From an uncultured delta proteobacterium (GTDB taxonomy: Bacteria; Desulfobacterota; Desulfobaccia; Desulfobaccales; 0-14-0-80-60-11): a stretch of 64,000 bases of DNA. The position numbers and the translations under genes were made by a program. Where the stretch lies: the NCBI GenBank assembly GCA_963709285.1, contig CAVPVR010000010.1:451570-515569 (forward strand), in the 5' to 3' direction. Positions 58,463-64,000 of the stretch are shown piece after piece; position 1 is the stretch's first letter, and each line of letters begins with the position of its first letter. The notes beneath the pieces were generated by a model. That model was not told the DNA's origin and searched no databases. It worked only from the letters and a program-made list of their open reading frames with translations.

Positions 58463-59929
58463 TTACTCTTTCCCAATACCCATTTTTGACCGGCTGATGC
58501 GGTGCTTTTTCAACAGGGCATAAAGGCGGGGCTGGGACAAGTCTGAGATGCGGCAGGCTTCCTGGAGATCGTTTTTCGCCAGGACCATGAGCTCTTTGAG
58601 GTATTCCCTTTCGGCCTGCGACACGGCAGCTTCCCGATAGTCCCGCAGTTTGGGCAGGTTGACGCCGGCAGCGGCGGCGGTCGCCGGAGAGACCTCCGAG
58701 GTTTCCCGACTCACGCTGTTCCGCGCCGCCTTGACGCGAATATAGCTCGGCAGATGGTTGGGGTATAGCGTCGGCTCGTGGCGGGCCTCGGCCAGGGCCC
58801 GGTCCAACGTGTTGACTAACTCCCGGACGTTCCCGGGCCAGTCATATGACAGAAGGCATTCAAAGAACTCAGGGGCGAAACCCTTCTGGGGGATGCCATA
58901 GCCTTCGCACAGGATGTCAGTGTGGTAGAGCACCAATTCCTTGATGTCCTCCAGGTGCTCCCGCAGCGCCGGCAGGTTAAGGCTCAAGGAACGTAAGCGG
59001 AACAGAAGATCCTTGCGGAACGTCCCTTCGGCTACCGCTTGGTCCAGGTCTCGGTTGGTGGCGGCCAACAGGCGGAAGTTACTCTCCACTTCCTGGCGGG
59101 CTCCCAGGGGCCTGAATCTCCGCTCCTGGAGGACCCGGAGGAAGGCCTTCTGCATAATGAGGGGAAGCTCTCCCACTTCGTCCAGAAAAAGGGTGCCGGT
59201 GTCAGCCTGCTTGATAAGCCCTACCTGGGGCTTGTCTGCACCGGTGAAGGCCCCTTTCTCGTAACCGAACAGGGCGCTTTCCACCAGAGACTCGGGGAGC
59301 GCGGCGCAATCCACCACCACAAAGTCCTTGTTGCTGCGGTTGCTGTTGGCGTGAATGGCCCGGGCGAAAAGTTCCTTACCGGTGCCGGTCTCGCCGAAAA
59401 TCAGGACATTGACATCGCAGTCTGCGGACTGGGCCACGATATCATAGCAGGCCTGCATGTTAGGACTGTCTCCCACGATGCCTTCAAGCTTCAAGGCCAC
59501 CATGGGTTTCTTTACTTTCTTTTCCTCCCGATACTGGAGAGCCCGCACCAAGGGCAAGGTCATGCGCTTGATGGAGGACTGCTTCTCGATGTAGTCCCAG
59601 GCGCCGTTGACAATGGCCAATTCGGCCCCGTCCGGATCACCAGCCCCGGTGATGATGATCACTTCGGGGGGATCGGTCAACTCCCGGATTTTAGGCAGAG
59701 CCCTGAGGCCACTGCCGTCCGGCATGCGAACATCCAAAAAGACCACATCAAAGGAGCCGCTGAGGGCCTCCATAATGCCCTCGTTCAGGCTATGGGTGAA
59801 CTTCACCCCGTGGCCCATGTCGTTGACCATTTCGGACAACATCTCACAAAACATTTCGTCATCGTCGATGATCAGCACGTTACCCATGGGAATCTCCCCG
59901 TTTCCTTTTTCAATAAGTTTTACATCCAT
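58463..59929 (-). CDS. Sigma-54-dependent response regulator (NtrC family: REC, AAA+, Fis-type HTH)
   Basis: VLIIDDDE...DVVFLDVRMPDGSG receiver, GETGTGKE Walker A, GAFTGA sigma-54 contact loop and a C-terminal HTH. The start is set at the ATG at 59929 (GAGGAA RBS); the ORF-track start is 59974. Confidence 0.9.
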   Translation of the reverse strand: MDVKLIEKGNGEIPMGNVLIIDDDEMFCEMLSEMVNDMGHGVKFTHSLNEGIMEALSGSFDVVFLDVRMPDGSGLRALPKIRELTDPPEVIIITGAGDPDGAELAIVNGAWDYIEKQSSIKRMTLPLVRALQYREEKKVKKPMVALKLEGIVGDSPNMQACYDIVAQSADCDVNVLIFGETGTGKELFARAIHANSNRSNKDFVVVDCAALPESLVESALFGYEKGAFTGADKPQVGLIKQADTGTLFLDEVGELPLIMQKAFLRVLQERRFRPLGARQEVESNFRLLAATNRDLDQAVAEGTFRKDLLFRLRSLSLNLPALREHLEDIKELVLYHTDILCEGYGIPQKGFAPEFFECLLSYDWPGNVRELVNTLDRALAEARHEPTLYPNHLPSYIRVKAARNSVSRETSEVSPATAAAAGVNLPKLRDYREAAVSQAEREYLKELMVLAKNDLQEACRISDLSQPRLYALLKKHRISRSKMGIGKE

Positions 59930-59982
59930 GGCATTCCTCAAAAACCCCACTCCCTTTAAGGGGTTTGTTACCACCTGTCAGC

Positions 59983-62900
59983 CTAACGCTGGGGGTCCTT
60001 CCCCAGTGCCTTACTGATGGCGTTGGTAAGCTCGCTGATGGACAGGGGCTTCATAATGTAATCCTGGATGCCCGCCTTCTTGGCTTTTTCCGGGGTCACC
60101 AGTTCGCTAAACCCGGTGACCAGGATGATGGGCAGGCCAGGTCGCAGGCTCAGGAGTTCCTCTGCCAGTTCCAGACCGGTCAATTGGGGCATAGTTTGGT
60201 CAGCTATGACCAAATCGAAATCCTGGGGATTCTCTTTAAACCATTGCAAGGCCTGGAGGGGCTTGGTGGTTACCGTCATTCGGTAGCCCAGGCTTTCCAG
60301 AATTTCCTTCCACATGTCAACCAGCCATTCTTCATCGTCCACAAACAGCAGACTCTCCTGGCCGTTTTCTATAACCGGCGCCTCGGCACCGCCCGTTACC
60401 TCGCTGGCTTCCACCCGGGAGAGATAGACCTGAAATTCCGTACCCTTGCCCACTTTACTCTGCACGGTAATAGCTCCTTGATGGGCCTTGATGATACCGT
60501 GAACCACAGCCAGGCCCATGCCGGTGCCCTCCTCCATCTTCTTGGTAGTGAAAAAGGGGTCGAAGATTTTTTCCAAGGTGTCCCGATCCATGCCGTGTCC
60601 GGAGTCTTTGATGCTCAAGCGGATGTGAGGCCCCGGGTGCAAACCGTGGAACTGAGCCGCAGCCTTGGCATCCAGGTTCACCGGCTTGACGGATATGTCC
60701 AGAATGCCCCCTTTGTCCCGCATAGCATGGGCGGCGTTGGCGCACAGGTTGATGATCACCTGGTGCATCTGGGTGGGGTCGGCTAGAATCGTGTCCTCTT
60801 CCTCTTCCAACCTCATTTTGAGTTCGATGGTGGTGGGCAGGGTTGCCCGCAGCATGTTCAGGGCTTCCTTGACAATGGCGCTCAGGTGCACGGGCCGGCG
60901 CTCCTGGGGACTCGGCCGGCTGAAGGAGAGAATCTGGCTGACCAGCTCCTTACCCCGTTTCCCGGCCTTCAGAACTTGCTGCAGCCTGCGCTTCAGACCG
61001 TCACCTTCTTTAAGGCCCATGAGGGCCATCTCGGTGTAACCCAACATTACCCCTAAGATATTATTAAAATCATGAGCAATGCCCCCGGCCAGGCTGCCGA
61101 TGGCGTCCATGCGCTGGGCCTGGCGCAACTGGGCCTCAAACTGGGGACGCATTTCTTCCGCCTGCTTGCGTTCAGTAACATCCAGCAGCACGATGTCGGT
61201 GTGCAATTCCCGGCCTTGAGAGTCACAAACGATTTGACCGCTCTCCTGGAGCCAGATGATCCGGCCGTTTTTGGCTCTGACCCGATATTGCCGAACATAG
61301 GTATGGTCGGTGCCCAAGGCATGGAGAAAGGCCTTGCGGGCCTGCTCCTGATCTTCCTCCTGGATCACTTCAGACCAGGGCTTTCCTCCTGGAGCAAATT
61401 CCTTGGGGGAAAAGCCTATGATTTCTGCAATTTTGTTTTCCAGAAACTCTACCGTCCCGTCCGGGTAAAGACGTCCCACCACTACCGGCAGGTTGTTCAC
61501 CACCAGTTTCAGGCGCTCGAGACTTTCCTGTAGGGCCTCTTCCGCCTGCAACTTCATGGTAATGTCCAGGATCCTGAGGATCACTCCCACCGTTTCCCCG
61601 CTTTTTTGGTCTTTCAGGGGATAGGAATAAAGATCCACCTGGCCTGACTCCTCTGCCCGAGGTCCCCATTTCGGTACTACCTCATGAGCCGGCTCCCCAC
61701 TGACCAGGGTTCTCAGGGCCGGACAGTTCTCGCAAGGATCGAGAGCACCATGGATGACAGCAAAGCAGGTTTTCCCCAACAGCGGCTGATCATGGGCAAA
61801 CCATTTCTCTATCGTGGGGTTGACCCTAACGAGGGCGAGGTTTCGGTCCAGGACAGCAATACCTTCCTCCACCGAGGCCATGACCCCCTCCAAAAGGCCT
61901 TGTTGTTCCTTCAGGGCGGTCTCGACCCGCTTCATGGGCGTGATGTCGTGGATAATCAACACCCCTCCACTGACCTCCCCCCCTTCATTAAGAAGCGGCG
62001 CCACGTGTCCTGAGTAGAAACCTTCAGGTCCGGTATGGGCCAGCTTCTGAAGCTTGTTCTGATCTAAAAATCCTCTATGACCTCCGGCCCCCAAAATTGG
62101 GCTCTTTTCATCAATTTTTTGCAGGAGGGGAAACACCCTGAAGAGGTTTTTGCCCAGAGCTTTGGGTTTGGCGAGTCCGGTAAATTGTTCCATGGGGGGG
62201 TTCCATAAGGTGATGTGAAAGTCCTTATCAAAACCCACCACCCCATTCTCGCAATGTCCTAAGATTTTCTCAGAAAAGTCTTTTTCCCGATAAATTTCAT
62301 TATTCAGTTGCTGTTGTTCCACCGCAAAGAGCAGGGTGCGGCCCAGGAGTTGCTCCACCAGGGTGCGGTGTTGTTCTCCTGACTGCTCCAGGGAATCTTT
62401 GGTTTGCCGGAGTTCGGAAACGTCGGTGGCTACCCCTTCCATGTAATCCCGGTCTGCATATATGCGGGCCGAACAAAGCATCCAGAGAACAGAGCCGTCC
62501 CGACGGAAAAACCGGGTTTCGAAATTCTGGAGTTGGCCGTTTTTAACGCTTTCCAGCATGCGTTCCTTGGTATCCGGCTCCACATAGTGATTCCGGGCCA
62601 CAAATTCCTGGAGAAGGTCCTCCTTGGCGGCATAGCCGAACATCTGGGCCACACGCTCATTGCAATCCAGCATCCTGTCGTCGCTGAGGCGCCACCGGAA
62701 GACCCCTACCTGGACGTTATTGAAGATGTTGCGGTACCTTTCTTCGGTCTCCCGCAAGATCTCTTCCAGCCGCTTGCGCTCGGTAATGTCAAGCTCAATG
62801 CTCAGGATAGATTTCTCACCATTGAGGTCTATTACCCGGGAATGAGTTTCCACCGGGAAAGAAGTGCGGTCCTTCCGCTGATGGACGGACTCAAAGACCG

Positions 62901-63690
62901 CCTCCCCCTCGGAGATCAGCTTTCGGCGATGGGACTCCACCATCTCTTCATATTCGGGGGCCTCCAAGTCCTGCCAGCTTAAGCCGAGCAACTCCTCCCG
63001 GGTGAAGCCCCGGGCCTTGCAGGCCGCTCGATTGACGCAGGTGATTTTTCCCTCAAGATCATAGACAAAAACGGAGTACGGGGAGGACTCGATCATCTGG
63101 ACTTTAACGGCCAGACGTTTCTCCACCCGGCTCAGCTCCCCCTTCAGGCGCAGGGTCGTCAAACCCTGGCAGAAAAAGGCAGCGAGTGTCCGGAGAAATT
63201 CCCGTTCATCAGTGGGAAAGGCTCCAGGTCCCGAGGCGTAAAGAGTCAGGGCCCCAAAGACCTGACCCTGATGACTCAGGGGCAAGGCGAGACAGGAAGT
63301 CAAACCTAAAGTCTCAGCCACCTCCTCATAAGCGGCACAGGCTGGTTCAGACTGGATATCAGGACAAAAGACCGGCTGGCCGTTACGAATGGCGGCACCA
63401 GTGGGTTCCCGGCCGACTTCGCCTTCTGCCCAGGTTCGGGGAATAAGGTCCAGAAGACCCAGGGCTACGCCGGCCTGGGCCACCCGGTTGATCGTTTTGG
63501 ATTTCTTGTCTTCGGTGAGTCCCACCCAGGCCAGAGGATAGCCCCCGATCTCTACGAGAAGCCGGCAAATTTCTTGCAGAAAGGGCTGTTCTTCTGAAGC
63601 CTGGGCCAAGGCAATATGGCAACCTCTGATCAGCGCCAGAGCTCTTTGCGCCCATCCTTCCCAGTTATACGTGTTGGGGATTAATTTCAT
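59983..63690 (-). CDS. Hybrid sensor histidine kinase (GAF, multiple PAS, HisKA, HATPase_c, C-terminal REC)
   Basis: 1235 aa. H-box [13 protein letters not shown] boxes (DSGHGMD, GTGMGLA) and a C-terminal receiver (LLFVDDEE...[10 protein letters not shown]). Confidence 0.9.
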   Translation of the reverse strand: MKLIPNTYNWEGWAQRALALIRGCHIALAQASEEQPFLQEICRLLVEIGGYPLAWVGLTEDKKSKTINRVAQAGVALGLLDLIPRTWAEGEVGREPTGAAIRNGQPVFCPDIQSEPACAAYEEVAETLGLTSCLALPLSHQGQVFGALTLYASGPGAFPTDEREFLRTLAAFFCQGLTTLRLKGELSRVEKRLAVKVQMIESSPYSVFVYDLEGKITCVNRAACKARGFTREELLGLSWQDLEAPEYEEMVESHRRKLISEGEAVFESVHQRKDRTSFPVETHSRVIDLNGEKSILSIELDITERKRLEEILRETEERYRNIFNNVQVGVFRWRLSDDRMLDCNERVAQMFGYAAKEDLLQEFVARNHYVEPDTKERMLESVKNGQLQNFETRFFRRDGSVLWMLCSARIYADRDYMEGVATDVSELRQTKDSLEQSGEQHRTLVEQLLGRTLLFAVEQQQLNNEIYREKDFSEKILGHCENGVVGFDKDFHITLWNPPMEQFTGLAKPKALGKNLFRVFPLLQKIDEKSPILGAGGHRGFLDQNKLQKLAHTGPEGFYSGHVAPLLNEGGEVSGGVLIIHDITPMKRVETALKEQQGLLEGVMASVEEGIAVLDRNLALVRVNPTIEKWFAHDQPLLGKTCFAVIHGALDPCENCPALRTLVSGEPAHEVVPKWGPRAEESGQVDLYSYPLKDQKSGETVGVILRILDITMKLQAEEALQESLERLKLVVNNLPVVVGRLYPDGTVEFLENKIAEIIGFSPKEFAPGGKPWSEVIQEEDQEQARKAFLHALGTDHTYVRQYRVRAKNGRIIWLQESGQIVCDSQGRELHTDIVLLDVTERKQAEEMRPQFEAQLRQAQRMDAIGSLAGGIAHDFNNILGVMLGYTEMALMGLKEGDGLKRRLQQVLKAGKRGKELVSQILSFSRPSPQERRPVHLSAIVKEALNMLRATLPTTIELKMRLEEEEDTILADPTQMHQVIINLCANAAHAMRDKGGILDISVKPVNLDAKAAAQFHGLHPGPHIRLSIKDSGHGMDRDTLEKIFDPFFTTKKMEEGTGMGLAVVHGIIKAHQGAITVQSKVGKGTEFQVYLSRVEASEVTGGAEAPVIENGQESLLFVDDEEWLVDMWKEILESLGYRMTVTTKPLQALQWFKENPQDFDLVIADQTMPQLTGLELAEELLSLRPGLPIILVTGFSELVTPEKAKKAGIQDYIMKPLSISELTNAISKALGKDPQR

Positions 63691-64000
63691 AGCCTGATCA
63701 GCGCCAGGGCAGGCCGTGACCCCTGGAACTTTCCCTCCTCTTTTTTGAGACCAGAGGTTTTACTGCTGTTAGCCTTCAAGGGATTGCACTCCCTCACTGA
63801 GACATTCCTAGTCCAGAAAGTAATTAAGCAAAACAGGTGCCACGGCTCTCTGTTATTTAAATAATAAATAAATTCCAGCACCTTAGCCCCTCAAATACTT
63901 ACCTCTAAATTCTTGAAAACTAATAATTATTTATTTTTAAGACGCATCTAAGTCTAAAAATTATTCTTTGTCAAGAAAATATTATCGTATACCAATAATT

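Overview
All calls were made by eye from the sequence and the ORF track. No searches were run, and GC statements are impressions. This is a GC-rich bacterial chromosomal window. It best fits an anaerobic, diderm Desulfobacterota/Thermodesulfobacteriota-like organism (selenocysteine-dependent Hdr/Mvh genes, sigma-54 regulation, KdsB, a TolC-like protein). Layout: (1) 1-11.5 kb holds housekeeping genes: pyrF, kdsB, clpB, a Sir2 deacylase, an AEC transporter, a TauE half-transporter, an ADP-forming acetyl-CoA synthetase, a DUF3786 protein, tRNA-Thr(CGU) and a stand-alone receiver protein. (2) 11.7-21.0 kb is a redox operon in which hdrA is split open by a nuoE/nuoF/[2Fe-2S] module, followed by mvhD, mvhG and a [NiFeSe] mvhA. 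It has three in-frame TGA codons at conserved Cys positions, each followed by a hairpin at the same spacing. (3) 21.0-34.1 kb is a mosaic accessory region: a REP-flanked RAYT transposase, long composite non-coding repeats, a duplicated copy of the hydrogenase 3' end and terminator, a second TadG-like gene, an Ada-type zinc-domain membrane protein, a Com-like zinc finger, an IS5-like transposase remnant, a purN-like gene and a MacA-MacB-TolC efflux operon. (4) 34.2-42 kb holds a hydrogenase maturation protease, an IS630 element and an envelope glycosylation cluster. (5) 42.7-57.9 kb is a Tad/Flp pilus operon with no secretin gene and with unusual distal genes: two paralogous proteins with a degenerate primase-polymerase-like domain and a MinD-like ATPase. 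(6) 58.5-63.7 kb encodes a sigma-54 activator and a 1235-aa hybrid PAS/GAF histidine kinase. At least about 23 reading-frame breaks, mostly single extra bases, cluster in the hdrA/mvhA, efflux, purN and IS630 genes. Long neighbouring genes are intact, so either local assembly error or recent pseudogenisation must be resolved before any functional interpretation.
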